DNA of 64,000 nt from Chrysomallon squamiferum (Eukaryota > Animalia > Mollusca). Positions 50,801 through 64,000 of this stretch are shown piece by piece. How positions within the stretch are numbered: position 1 is the first letter of the stretch; each line of letters begins with the position of its first letter. The DNA is taken from assembly GCA_012295275.1 (NCBI GenBank), contig CM022679.1:13268001-13332000 (forward strand), written 5' to 3'. The notes beneath the pieces were generated by a model that was not told the origin of the DNA, did no database searches, and saw nothing but the letters and a program-made list of their open reading frames with translations. The position numbers and the translations under genes are program-made.

Positions 50801-51921
50801 CGAAGCAGCAGTGGATCTACTGGAGGACATCTGGAAATATTTTAGGAATGAATATTTATTTAATGACATGTCAAACATTTTAATGTTAACACATATCAAG
50901 TGTATGACATAAGATATAAAATAAAAATACAGTAATATCAAATCGAAGCTCAGGATCCCTTACTAAAATTCCAAAATCTAGAACCATTTTCAAGCAGTAG
51001 GCATGGTAATATTTTACAGTTTTCAGATGGTTTAATGAATATAATTATTAAAAAATATTATATAAAAAGATCTGCAGACCTTGATCCTATTCTCAGGCAA
51101 TCTCATTATATTCCAAAATCCTAAAACATTTATGGTATGAGCATATATGATAAGGAATATACAAAATATAGTGGCTAATTATTTACATTAATGCATAACA
51201 ATGTTAAAGTAATAACAAAAAAAAGAAAAAATATCAAAAAAAACCCACCTCAACAACATGTTAATTAAGATAATGCTTTAAACAACATACCTGTCTTGTA
51301 ACATACAGCACATGGTGTAAATACTACTGTGTCCAAGATGTGTACCCAGTAATTTTCTCATCAACTGACAACAAAACAAAATAATTATTTTTCCTTTGTT
51401 TTAAATATAACAGTGATGAAGACAAATTAATATTTAAACTATATAAATATTACAATTATTACTCCTGAAGTAGAATATCATTTTAACTCACCTCCCAACT
51501 TTCTTCACAGAATTTGGGTTTGTTAACCATATGACAGAGTGCAGCAATAAATGGATGCAAAGATGATGAAGGGAGGTAACTGTATCGAACCACAGCATCA
51601 AGAACTTCAAGGCAGTGCTGAATACAAAAGTTATTCATTAAAAGAAAAAGAAAATCATTTATTTCATATAAATATTTAAAAACTAGTAAAATGGATAATT
51701 ATTTTGATTAGATTAACTGATGGCAGTTTGTGCTTAGGATCTTGCTGAAATGAATCTCTTTGTTTTTTTTTTAATATATTTTAATTGATTTTTAAAGATA
51801 GTTTAATTTTTATTTTCCAAATTATTTTTATTCTATGTAATCATTTGAATGTAAATTTACTGGAGAAAAAAAAAAATAATAATAATAAAAAAAATAAATA
51901 AATAAATTTTAAAAAAGTTAA

Positions 51922-51952
<31 letters not shown>

Positions 51953-53690
51953 AAACTTTACTAAACTAAAAATTAATTATTCAACAGTTTAAGAAAAGAA
52001 CAGTAACAAACATTAGGATGAGTAAGATGTTTCTGAAATAATGAATTTTAATGAATTTTTTTTTTTTTTTCAAATAGAAATTAACATCTTAAATTTTTCC
52101 ATACTTTTAAGTTCTGCTCTTCCTGAGATCTTGCCTGGTTTGGAATCATGCATGTCTGCCTGAAAAAAAGAGATTAGCATCATTTTAACATAAAGTTTTA
52201 AATTCAACCTTCAAAAATAATTTTAAATTATTGCTTACTACAGCTATAATGTATTGTCAACATAAGATTTTTAATTCCATTACTTAAAAATACAAAATTA
52301 TTATTGTTGTTGTTGTTGTTGTTGTTGTTGTTTTTGTTGTTGTTGTTATTATTATTATTATTAATATTATTATTGTTGTACAATTGCTTAAAGTATTTAG
52401 AACCAGGTGAAGGAATTATATTGAATTATGTACTTTTATCTGCTTTGCTTTTCATCAACTAAGAGAAAAAATGTATCCATCAGTTATCATGCCAATTTCA
52501 ATTATTTGTTCCTGCTAATTATTCAACTTATCTCTTATTATTTATTTGCTAATAACCGTTTTGGTTTGCTAGTTGACAGAATTTCATTTTTTAATAATCA
52601 TTTAAGGCAAAGATTTTAAAGATAATAGGAATGCAACAAGGAACTGAGATTTGTTCATTTATTTTGAAGTAATTCACCACAAATCAACACCATATATTAA
52701 TGCTCCACCAAAATATTTTAAAACAGTTAATAAGAAAAATATATTATCTGAAAAAGCAAAACTCTTGAAGCATCCTCTCTGCAATTGCAAATATAATTCA
52801 TACTGGAAATAAAAGAAAAACCAATTTCTTCTTACTGAACTAAACAGGCAACAACTTCTTCATCCAGATAGGCTGCGTTAAATTTGATAACTTGAACCAA
52901 GAGACAAAGGAATTCCTGAATTCGACCAGCAGCCATAACATCAGGCATCCATTTACAGAGAAATGCACCTAAATATAAAATACTGAATGATGAAATGAAC
53001 ACATTTTAATACTTTATTAATAACAGTTATTACATTTCTTGTATAGCAAAAATGTGGAAGAAGACATTTGGTTCTACAATTCTGATGGTTACTCTTTCTG
53101 ATTAACAGCAAGGAGGGTTACTCCTACTGATTATGTATACCTTTACACAAGAAATAAACAATATAGCCACACAAAGTAAAATCTGTGATTAGTAAATTCT
53201 CAAGACCATGTTTTAACAGCAATCTCCTTAAAATGTTTACTTCCAACAAAGTCCACAATTACTTGCTTATAATTTTCTTACCAAATATGTATATTGATAA
53301 TATAAAGTAAATTATAGCTTTCTTAGGTTTAAAACTTGTTTGAGTGCATGAACAAAGAAAGAAAAATAATTTTAATTTTTAATTGTTATTTTTCAATAAC
53401 AAAAATTAAAATAAATAAAAAATTAAAACATTAAATTTAATGCATAAATAAACAGACACAAATGTTGTACTTATTAGTCTTCGATTTTCATATTTTTAAA
53501 TCAATATGACAGTAAACCAACCAGTTTCTTCTTCAAAATCCAGCAGATTTCTGCCATTTTCACTAAGAATTGTAAACATCTCCAGCCTAAAAAATATAAT
53601 TTAAATAAATGTAAACAACATCTCAACAGTTACTAATCAAAACAATTACATCAATATTAACCATTCCTTTAAATATGTAATTATTGAGAG

Positions 53691-53721
<31 letters not shown>

Positions 53722-55931
53722 TATGAAGCAACTATTTGTGTTTAAAAATATATTCAGACACATTTAAAAGTACTGGACACAATATACCTAGAAATATAAT
53801 TCATGTTCTTTTCAAATCAGACATAAAAAAAACTGAAAGTTCATTCCTATAGACAGGAAAGTATTTACCATAGATTTTGATAAACCAATCAGAGAGCATT
53901 AGTTGGAACTGGAAATAGCCAAACAAAGAATATCCATACAACTGACTAGTAATATGTATAATGTGTTCATTATCCACTATTACTGTATCATAATCACATT
54001 AGAAGGTAATAAGTTTTTGAAATTAACAATCAAACAAAAAAAGAGAAAGAAAATGGTTGATTTTAAATATTACTTGTCTTGTAAATCTTCAGGACAGCTG
54101 AGTTTCTGAATCACTCGGAAGAAATGTCCTCGAAGCATTCCAAGATTATTTAACTGAAAAATCAAGAGATTTCAATGCACTGTCTTTACTTCTATTAGTA
54201 TTATTATATTACATTTTTATAAATATATATTTTTTTTTTATTATTATTTTTTTTTTTTTTTTAAGGAAAGAAAGGAAAATAGATGTGGAAAAGAAATCTC
54301 AAATATAGATAATTCTGACAACAATATTCAGAGTAGTTGTATATAATTATTACCTGGCCCTCCAGAAGATTCCTCAGAAAGAGTAATGCAACATGTCTGT
54401 TCTCTGCAGGGACCTGTGCAGGTAACAAATCACTAATGGATGCCCAAAGTGCTTCCATAGCATTCTTGAAAAAAAAAATAAAGCAAAAAATAATAATAAT
54501 AATGTATAAAAAAAAAAATACAAAATGTTTTTTACTTATTTCCCTTGATGTGTTATGTCATTTGTTAGGGAATTTTTTTTATTTTTTTTATTTATTTTTT
54601 TTATATATTTTATTTTTAACCTATTTGGCTATGTTAATATTATTAACTACATAAATATATTTAACAAATGATAATTTAAGTATTTATCAATATATATAAA
54701 TATTCTGAAAAATAAAGATGTCCTACCTAACTTCTTTCAGTCTCTTTGTTCTGACTATTTCACTCAATTAACAAATCAGATTTTAAGTAATTATATATGT
54801 TATATAAAAGTAGTGAAATACAAAGATGTCCTAACCTCTTCCAGTCTTTTTGTTTTCACTATTTCACTCAATTCTCGTATTGTCTTCAAACGATTGTTTG
54901 CTGGGCTATCAGGACCAATCTCCTGAAAATTAAATTCAAAATAACTTTTAAAATTTTAACTGTTTTTGTAATAGCCTTTGCATATTGTAATAACATTAAA
55001 ATATAATCATTTTAAATTATGCATACACAAGTTGGTCCACCTTTTCTACAGTTTTGGCACCCATGGCTTTATCAACTATGGTTCAAAAATATTTAAAAGT
55101 GTAGTGTACTTTAATTTGTATTCTTATGATGGCAAACTGGATACCAGAATTCTGTATTGGTACATATAGGTGGAGTTTATGGTTATGAACACATACAGGG
55201 TAAAAGTATGTCATCTTACACAAATGATCTCAGCATTTCAACACAGACAAGGGCAATGATGTAACTAAGGTATGGCAAGTGTTACATGCTTTTGGCACTG
55301 CTTGGAGGGCTATGCCAGTGAGTACTTTGTATTAAACTTAACTGGTATTTTTGAGCTGATTTTTATGGTGAAATTATCTGAAAGATGGGTGTCACATGTT
55401 TGCCCAGGACCAATTTTAGGGCTTGTCATAGGTACTATTTTCTATACATATGACCGTGCATTAGGGTCCTGGAACAATATATCCACAGATCAACAGCACC
55501 AATCATATATTCAAATGAATAAAAATAACATTTGGGTTAAAATAAATTAATATCTTATTAAATGTCCAGAATACAGAAATACTTCAAAATCGTGAGTTAT
55601 TAAAGTTACTCAAGAAGATTATGGCTCTACTACATACTAATCCTGTTTATGATAATACATGACATATCAAATAGCAGCAAAAGGTATTTTATATCTATCT
55701 TTTCACAGACAGAAATGTACACAACTAACAGTATTTTTAAACAAAATGTGGCACAATGAGTGCACTGATGCTTAGTCGAAGTTAAGCAAAATATATTACC
55801 CTCAGGAGTTCTGTAGTGAATATGATTTCTTTTGTTTGTGTTCTTGGCATTGTTAGTGGTGTTGGTGGTTTATTTATTCCCAGAAGTTTGCGAATTTTTT
55901 CCTTAAAATTGTCTGGTTCCTTTCCTGCCAT
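28225..55931 (-). CDS. TSC2: Tuberin (TSC complex subunit 2, Rheb GAP), about 36 coding exons
   Basis: First coding exon 55931-55800 ([18 protein letters not shown]). Conserved blocks: [19 protein letters not shown] (51364-51291), [16 protein letters not shown] (~50790), [15 protein letters not shown] (~43190), [19 protein letters not shown] (~42710), [17 protein letters not shown] (~40190), [15 protein letters not shown] (~36260), [16 protein letters not shown] (~35750), [10 protein letters not shown]...[10 protein letters not shown] with the Asn thumb (34498-34359). Last exon 28422-28225 ends [13 protein letters not shown]...EDFTDYV*. Confidence 0.96.
33636..33750 (+). mobile_element. Old interspersed repeat (SINE-like) fragment; related fragments near 880-960, 21300-21380, 53090-53140, 53845-53920 and 55670-55715
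   Basis: A shared degenerate motif order (ggctactc...tagcagcaagg...tttatat...cccatagacagg...ata(c/a)accagt) recurs at several dispersed sites. The family was not identified by a search. Confidence 0.45.
34628..34838 (+). mobile_element. Internally deleted mariner (Tc1/mariner) element in a TSC2 intron
   Basis: 28-bp terminal inverted repeats (ctgggttgaggaataagtcattgcagtt ... aactgcaatgacttattcctcagcccaa) are flanked by TA. The interior encodes [25 protein letters not shown], a typical mariner transposase C-terminus. Confidence 0.88.
37390..39385 (+). mobile_element. Decayed Tigger/pogo DNA transposon, antisense within a TSC2 intron
   Basis: TA + CAGTGGAACCTC left end at 37388-37401. ORF from 37720 has CENP-B-type HTH motifs ([36 protein letters not shown]). 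A frameshifted DDE remnant follows (PQQVFN*DKT, KPKKDR...LLCANASG), then a C-terminal [19 protein letters not shown]. No right TIR was found. Confidence 0.92.
37720..39060 (+). pseudogene. Tigger-type transposase pseudogene
   Basis: Split across ORFs 37687-38208, 38454-38696 and 38647-38928 by frameshifts, stops and an apparent internal deletion near 38440. Confidence 0.88.
41030..41545. repeat. Degenerate ~130-bp tandem repeat filling a TSC2 intron
   Basis: tgtggca.(g/a)gcagc(a/g)aagtttcc motif at 41106, 41236, 41367 and 41516; the last copy is coding exon sequence. Confidence 0.8.
47275..47585. repeat. ~69-bp tandem repeat containing copies of a TSC2 splice donor
   Basis: gcttacttt (GTAAGC on the - strand) or a close variant at 47576, 47507, 47438, 47357 and 47287. 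Confidence 0.85.
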
Positions 55932-58900
55932 TATGAATTTTTTCTTTCTTCTTCTAAATTTGCTTTCTTAATGAGGATTCCTGAAAAAATTAAATAATAA
56001 ATAACAAATAAAAGGTTTGTTTGTTTAACAGAATTAAATAATAGAAATATAGAAGTATAAATAAAATTTAAAATTTCTAAGATTTAGATAGATGTTTAAC
56101 ATAACTGATTCCAGATAACATCAATGATAACTTGCTAATAACTTCAAATGTATACTGTGAAAAAAAATTAAAATTAAAATATAATTTTCTACTAAATTAT
56201 TTTGGTAAATATTTTTGGTTATTCTACAATATTCTAACTATAACATTAGATATCCTGAAGAAATTATTCACAGTATAAGCATATTACTTAACAAACTGGT
56301 TGAAACTGCCCTCAACTATAAATAAGCAAATATATTTCAATAATTGCAAGTCATATTTTTATTAACATACGTAATATATTAAACTAAATTATCTTTTCTT
56401 ATAGAAACACATAAATCTATTCCAATGAGCAATCCATTGAGCTTCTTTCAGGGTTTTTTCTGATACCGACAAACTTGCAGGTTTGTTTTTAGATAATTTC
56501 AAACCATGTGTTTAGATAACAAGAATAGACATGTTTAATTTATCTTTTTGCACATAAATCTCAGAAATAAATATCTGTTGTGCTGTTGGATTTTCTACTT
56601 TATTTTTTAAATTCTAACACATTTATAGACATATTTTAAGATATTTCAAATCCTATCTTCAGATAACAAGAATAAGCATATTTAATTTATTGTTTCTTGT
56701 AGGAAAACAAAAACTGAAGACTACAAGTTTTTTCTTTGTTTTTGTTTCTTTTGAAAAAACATTTTGGGAATTATTCACAAACCTGCTTCCTGTTTTTAAA
56801 ATAATTCAGATAACAAGAATAAATATTTAATTTCTCTATTCTTGAAGGAAAATATAACCTGTTCTGGGATTTATTTCTATAAATTCTGAAAAAGTGCCTT
56901 TTCAGTTCCAAAACTTTTAATACAACAGTAAAATAATTTATATTATATTCATATTTACAAATCTAAAATTTTAGAATTAAACTTACTTTTAATGAAACAT
57001 TTATCTATGATTTTAACATGGTTTATACAATCTGTATCTGGGTGCTGAATCATTATTAGAAAACTGAAAATAACAAGTATAAGCAAGTCACGTGTTTAAT
57101 GGTACTTTACTTTTGTTTACAAAAAGATCAAACATTTAAAATAAATCAAAGCAGCTGATGATAAATCAGTGAAAAACAAATAAATGACAAATCTGTTGCT
57201 AACAGAAGAAGTTAAAAATAGAAAAATTGTCACACTGAAGGCTTCAGTAAATGACAAAGCAAATATGAACTTCAAGGACAAAAATATTGCTTTTCTTAGA
57301 CATTGTTAATATACACACCCGGAAAATAACAAGACCTGAACAGGTTTTGTAAAATCAACTCACCAGAAGTGTATAGACACTTCAAATTATCTCATAACAA
57401 TTTTCTTAATATTGTATAAACAGTTACAATTTAACAGCACACATATTTATTATTAAATATGGAGATCTAACTTTAAATATTTAATAGTATAAATTTTTTT
57501 TAAATACACATGATTAGCTGATACCAAAACACTATGAAAATACAGAAACTTCAAATTATTTCTTAATACAGATCTGTTTATCATTAATACTATTTAAAGA
57601 GTTTTTTAATTATTTAAATATGTAGTTTTAACTTTAAATATTTTAATAGCATAATTACTTTGAAATGTAGATTAGTAGGTCACAAATGCTATAAAAATAA
57701 AATTGCTTGAAACCATTCTGTAATACAGCTACTGTTTAAACAATTACTAAGTTAGAATACTGATGTAAATTTATTAATGATTATAATTATTTTCTATGCA
57801 GACCTGACTTTAAATATTTTAACTGTATATTTTGGAAATGGAATAAATATATTCATATTGTATCAGTGTTTGGATTTAGCAACAGTCTGTGAGACTAAAG
57901 AATATTATACTAATTTCCAGTTCCTACAGAACATGTGTAACACAATCAGAAGTGACCAGCTTTGGAGCATCATTAAGACAAAGATATTCATTAAAAATTT
58001 ATAAGTATAACTAGACTCTATATGAATTTTGAACTGTTATAAATTATTATTTTATTATTAGCATCCACTTTTACTGAGGAGATCCAAAGTTCTGAAATAT
58101 GAAATTGATGCCTTAAATCATTACTTTGATCTGAAATAATTACTTTAAACTTTTAAAGGTAGGCATAAAATTTAAGCAAATAAGTAAAAAAAAAAAAAAA
58201 AAAACGAAATATTTATGTTTGTATTTGTGAGAGACAGAGACAGAGAGCATGCATGTGTTTACAAGACAGCGGGCTTTTGCATAATCTTGATAATGTTATT
58301 AAAATATATAATGTGAACTGACACTCAGTGTAAATTTTGTAATTGTTCTTTCTTTCTTTCTTTTTTTTTCATGATCTGTTTATTAAATTATTTATCATCA
58401 TTTACGCACAACTTCTATGAAGCGATAATCATAATTAAGCCAAACATAGACTTTCCGACATGCTTCGGGTGATTTCATGACTTTGCTCTCTTTCTACAGA
58501 TGTATGTTAACTTTGCGTTACATATAAAGTTAAGTAAACCTGTTATTGTTCATGTTAATCAAACTCTTTAGGTTCCTCAACACTTGCAACCATTTCCGTC
58601 ACATCTTCTGCATTAACGACTGGAACACTATGATATGGTGCGCTGTTAGCGACACTTCCAGAAACATAAATATACACACGTTTTAAAATAAATCTTCAGA
58701 ATTTATACACGAAATTTAATATTTAATGAAATAGTTACAGTATGTATATGGTTTCTTTCAGTGTCGTCTGATGCTATTTCATTCTGACTTTAAATCGTAT
58801 ATATCGATATTTCAACTTTAAGGCACAATTATAGAAGAAAAAAAAATAACAATAATTTATTAATTACTAAAAGCAACCGATATGATCGAAATCATCAAAA

Positions 58901-59616
58901 ACGATTTATATTTATCATTCAGTATTTAGAACTCAAGTCAGTATAACAGTATTAATAAAATAATAAGGAACTATATACCATTTGGGGCCAAATTAAAATA
59001 TATTAGATAAATGTCCACAACTAGCTTCCATACAACAAACATTTCTCGTCTGTAATCACGTGATACACCATGTGGTTTCGTTTCGTAGGATTTTTTTTTT
59101 TTTTTTTTTTTTTTACGTCGATTGTGGTAGTGACAAAGCTTTTTATTATATTAAAAGTTTAAACGATCGTGAACGAGGCGCGTATATTTTGGAAATTTGA
59201 AATACTTACACTAAAAATAGCTGTTAAAAGGTTCTTAACATTGATTATTTATATATTTCTTTAGTTTCTATGATAACAAGAACAAGAACAAAAATATAAA
59301 AACAGTATCTATAAATTGATCAAAAATCTATTATTTTCAAACAAATTCTTATTGTTTCAAATATTAAAACTAATTTATGTAGTTTTAAAATTATATTGTT
59401 AAAGCCGTTTGCGATAGTAAAAATAACATGAATCAGCAAATTTTTACTGCAGTAGACATTGCTGAAAAACAAATTGCATCAGTTTATTCTTGGATTATAC
59501 AATGAATAAATAAATAAATAATTACATTAATATATAAATAAATAATTAAATGTTTGCCTTGCACAAAAATACTGAATGATGAAAGAGTGTGAAAATAATA
59601 AATAAAATTGTGTGCA

Positions 59617-59617
<1 letters not shown>

Positions 59618-59695
<78 letters not shown>
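59618..59695. repeat. (TG)n(AG)n microsatellite
   Basis: Directly visible. Confidence 0.95.
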
Positions 59696-59698
<3 letters not shown>

Positions 59699-59915
59699 AA
59701 TATATGTGATGTACTTTGTTTAATAATAATATTTTTTCTTTGATCATTTATTCAAATTCAGCCTAGTTCTTGTAATGCATCTTACATTATTTATTAAGTT
59801 CTGGTTGATGTTATGGAATGATACGACACTCGGTTCAAACCTAAACCTATAACAGTCAGGTATTCACACTATTGTGTTACAGTGTCATTGTCTTTGTAAA
59901 TGCAAATATACCTGT

Positions 59916-59954
<39 letters not shown>

Positions 59955-62205
59955 TATTATTATTATTTTTTTAAGTTCAAAATCTTCTTATGTCAAGTCA
60001 AGGATACCGGAGAGTGCAACACAATGTACATACGGGACTGTAATATAATTATCTATACACACTGCGTGAACGAAAAATACGCAAAGAAGTCTATGCGTAT
60101 TTTTTCTTTTAATTTACATATTTATTTATTTATTTAATTAATGTTGTTGTTGTTGTTGTTTTGTTTGTTAATTTTTCTATTTTATCTATAAGAGATTTAA
60201 CGTATTATATTGTGATAATATAAATTTCATTACCAAAAAATTAAAAGAGAACAACTAAATTCCCAAAAGGCCAATATTACTGGTCTAACTACTGCTAAGC
60301 GATCATTTGTTTGAGTGCTAAGTGGTTTTTAGGAATTCAAACAACAACGTGATTTTCAGTGTAGAAAATATTTAGACGTTGGTCATACTTGAGTAATCTT
60401 AAACATTTTTTTTATCTTCCCAGCATTACATAGACCTAGGTCGAGCGTCTTTTGTTTTGTGTTTGTTCTGAACAGACACCCAGTACCAGTGTTCGAGCAA
60501 AGAAAAGAATTAGATTAATATGTATCAGTCGAACATATACAGGCCTAATTTAAATATCGTGTATCAGAGTATTGTGTTTGGAAAATAAAATATCCCTGCA
60601 TTTTCAGCTGAAGGATTAAAGTACATTTGCCTTCGTTTAAACTTAAAATCTATTTATAAGGCGTAATATACAGTTTCGGAAAATAATATCTAAATATTAT
60701 GTTACTTGCGAACCCTGTACTCATTATTACAATGGAGAAACTGTTTCTGCGCTGTTGTATTAGATAACTGTCAGTTTCTAATTACCCAGGTTATCAGTTT
60801 AATCACTGTATCCATTTTAATTAGCATATGTTACTCGTTTAGTGGTAATTTATGAATGATGAAAATAAAAATTCATAACACGGCTTGTAACTTGAAACTA
60901 AATTTCAGAAAAGTGATATATTTATTGATAATAATGACATGTAAAAGTAATAGAGTCTATATTATTTAATGTATACAAACACTGTAACAGTGAAATACTG
61001 GTATCATATTTTATTATTTCCCAAGCATTATTGCATATTACATTTTAAAAACTTATTTATAAATACAAGTAGTAGTCATAACAATAATTTTATGCGTATA
61101 ACACATTTTCTGTTGAAATAATATAAATTAATGTGGCAAATTAACAAATTTCTGGGGAAAACTGATTTGAAGCGAATTAAGTTGGGACAAATTTACTTTC
61201 TCCATCACGCGATGATCATCCTATGATAATCAGAAAAACGTTTTGTAAAATGCGCCTTGTCACGTTCCACCCCGCTCTGAAAAAAAACGCTTCAAGTCAG
61301 TAAAGAAAAATGTAACAACCATCACGTACACAATTTGTAACCTTTACCTTGCTCCTTAGTAACCGTAACTCTAAAAGGAAAATATGCGCTTCAATGTAGA
61401 TTATTATCACCATATGTATAATTATATACCCTAAAACAATGACAATAAATATTAATATTTTAGTATTAAAACAAAAATAAATTAATTACATGTAGTTCTA
61501 AACTAGCTTTCAAAAGAAAGTGTTTTATCGCTATTTTCTTTCTATATATTTGATTATAAATCATCCGTAAAGTTCATGCGCCACGTCTGAGTGCATAGCT
61601 GAAAAGAGCAGACGTGGTTTTGGCTTTTAAATTCTAATCATACGTCTACTTTGAACGTGAATAAGCTTGTAGCTTCTGTTATATACTAATGGCGAAAAAT
61701 TACTGGTACAAAATATAAACACACCACTGTAATATTCTATACCATTTATGTTTCACCGAGAAAGATTGATGGATGACTGATTATTAATGGAACGGAATAT
61801 ATGTTGTCCTACAGATCTTTCATGAAACTCATAAAAGGCTTTGCAAAGGCTTTAATAAACAACACTGAAGATTTATCTGTTTTTATAATGCACAGATTTG
61901 GGCGAGGCGGGGTGACATTACGAAATTAAAATGACAAAATAATAAATAAAGAAATAAAAAAATAAAGAAATAAAAAACCTGCCCTGTGCTTAATGCTGGT
62001 AATAGAAGGTCAACGATCCAGTAACACAAACATGAACGAAGCCCAACAGGATAGGTGTGCATTTAAGGAAATATTTTGGACACCTACCTGTATATAAATT
62101 GGTAAAATTGTGATAGGGAAAAATGCAAATGGCATTAGCAAACTGTATATGTTATGCAGATGTACTTTTTGGACAGTCTACAAAAGATGAAAACAAATTT
62201 GTATC

Positions 62206-62255
<50 letters not shown>

Positions 62256-62730
62256 AGCGAGTATATTTATTAGCTTTGCATTAACACATTTATTTTCGCA
62301 TATAATAAGGTCTTGATACAAATAGGTCTATTAGCAGAAGTGTGTCAGTATAACACATACGAAATTTGAAAGGCATATTGCATCATGGTAATGATAAAAA
62401 AAAAAAAAAAATCGATAATTTTGTAACAGAAGGCACACAATTGATTACTAGTGTTTATAATAGCTTAATAGCGTCAACGAATATCCGGCACGTTGAAGTA
62501 ATTATCTTACTTACTTCTGCTTAAAAAGTCAACAGAAAAAATGTACTTTTAGTTTTTTACAATAAGCGTTTAACTTTCATTTTGAGCTTGGTCATTTTAT
62601 AATCTATAGCGTACATTGATTTAACTTTAAATAAGACTAAATGTAAGCAAAATATAATTTATTTATAAAAAGGCCTATATGAAAACACGTTCAGAGGTTT
62701 TACAGTTATAGACTGGTGCTGTTAAATATA

Positions 62731-62840
62731 ACCAGCCTGCACATTTATTTGATCGAAAGGTGTCCTGCATCTGACCCATTGCTGGCATCGTCTAGGCCAG
62801 ATGCTGGGCACCTTTGGTCCAGATACATATGCTAGCTGGG
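62731..62840. mobile_element. Palindromic MITE-like element with TA flanks
   Basis: ~48-bp imperfect inverted arms (accagcctgcacatttatttgatcgaaaggtgtcctgcatctgaccca versus the reverse complement cccagctagcatatgtatctggaccaaaggtgcccagcatctggccta) around a short spacer. Confidence 0.7.
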
Positions 62841-64000
62841 TAGTGTTTTTTTTGTGTGTGTGCTTTTTTAATTATTATTATTATTATTTTATTTATTTTT
62901 TTTTCAGTAATAAAAATAATAAAGAAAGAAAGACACTATTATAAAATAAAAATTAAAATTAAATTAAATGAAAATGAAAAAATAACTAACAATAATAATT
63001 TTACGTGAACCTGTTTCAGGGCTAAGACCTGAATCAGTACTAGCAATAATAGGCTTAGAGATTTAAGAAGAAATCGTTAAAATAATGATCAATATCCTCA
63101 GCTTAGTGAAAATGAATCTGTCATTATTTTTGTGTGTATGTGACTTTCTAATATACCAAAACGTGATATTTTTCTGTTATCGTATCCATAAAATTAGTCA
63201 CTGATAATCTATCGACTTCACACTTCACAGCTCGCATCGAATCACGTTCAGTCTCTTGCCCTCCACCACATATATCAGCAAAGTAATAACCATGCATGTT
63301 AGCTCCTAATCAGTGGGTCCCTTATATCAAAGTTCTTTAACCCTTAGAAATGTTGCATGACGTAATACGATAAAATTGTTAAAGTATATGTGTTATTTAC
63401 TCGTATTTGTTTCAGTAAATTTACTAAGAGAGTTTATTCAGTCATTCGTTTTATTTTATTTTTTTTATTTTATTTTTTTTTTGTCCTATTTTGTATTTTA
63501 ATAGCCGTATGTTTTATGTTTATGTGTGAGCAATGGAGTTCTTCTTCCGAACACGTTCTTGTAATTTCACGAGCTCTGCGAGCTTCATTTGATATACTTT
63601 ACGTGGGTCTCTCTTAATTTTCTGTTTAGCCGTTGATTTTAATTTTAATTTTCTCTGATAGTAAAGTATCTATATGATTATTTTATATTTTTATTTTTTT
63701 TATTTGTTTTTTTTGTTTTTTTGAAAACTACCTGAATTACATGCAAAAATAATTTCATGAAAGCTCGAGAAGTCCTGAAACTGTGTACCGAAATAAATCA
63801 AAAGTTAAGGCCTATCGTGAAGGATGTATATGCGCAAACTTTAAACTGTGCAACACTTTATATAATAATATATCCGCAAATAGATTAGGTCAGTAATAAC
63901 ATATTATGCTATAATTTTGTTTTTGCGTACGTTCATATTAATCATGGCCAAAATAAGTATAAGAATAAGACTGATGCAATTTAATTTAATTTTATTTTAT

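Overview
AT-rich, intron-rich animal genomic DNA (invertebrate; a mollusc is plausible but is inference). Four protein-coding genes were reconstructed by hand from splice sites. WDR45B/WIPI3 (- strand, 10 exons, 344 aa) lies head-to-head, about 250 bp apart, with mitochondrial enoyl-CoA hydratase ECHS1 (+ strand, 298 aa). An unrecognised 4-exon, two-TM protein gene (+) follows, then TSC2/tuberin (- strand, about 36 coding exons), which carries a decayed Tigger/pogo transposon and a mariner deletion derivative in its introns. The standout is ECHS1: exon 3, which encodes part of the oxyanion hole and the acyl-binding pocket, is present as three tandem, intact, diverged 128-nt copies. Only one can be included at a time without a frameshift. 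An intronic element just after the first copy is complementary to several sites around the other copies, like a docking/selector system for mutually exclusive splicing. Other observations are candidate TSC2 microexons, an in-frame array of duplicated 5' splice sites, and a 3'UTR minisatellite seeded at the TSC2 stop codon. Most ORFs in the supplied track are low-complexity artefacts.
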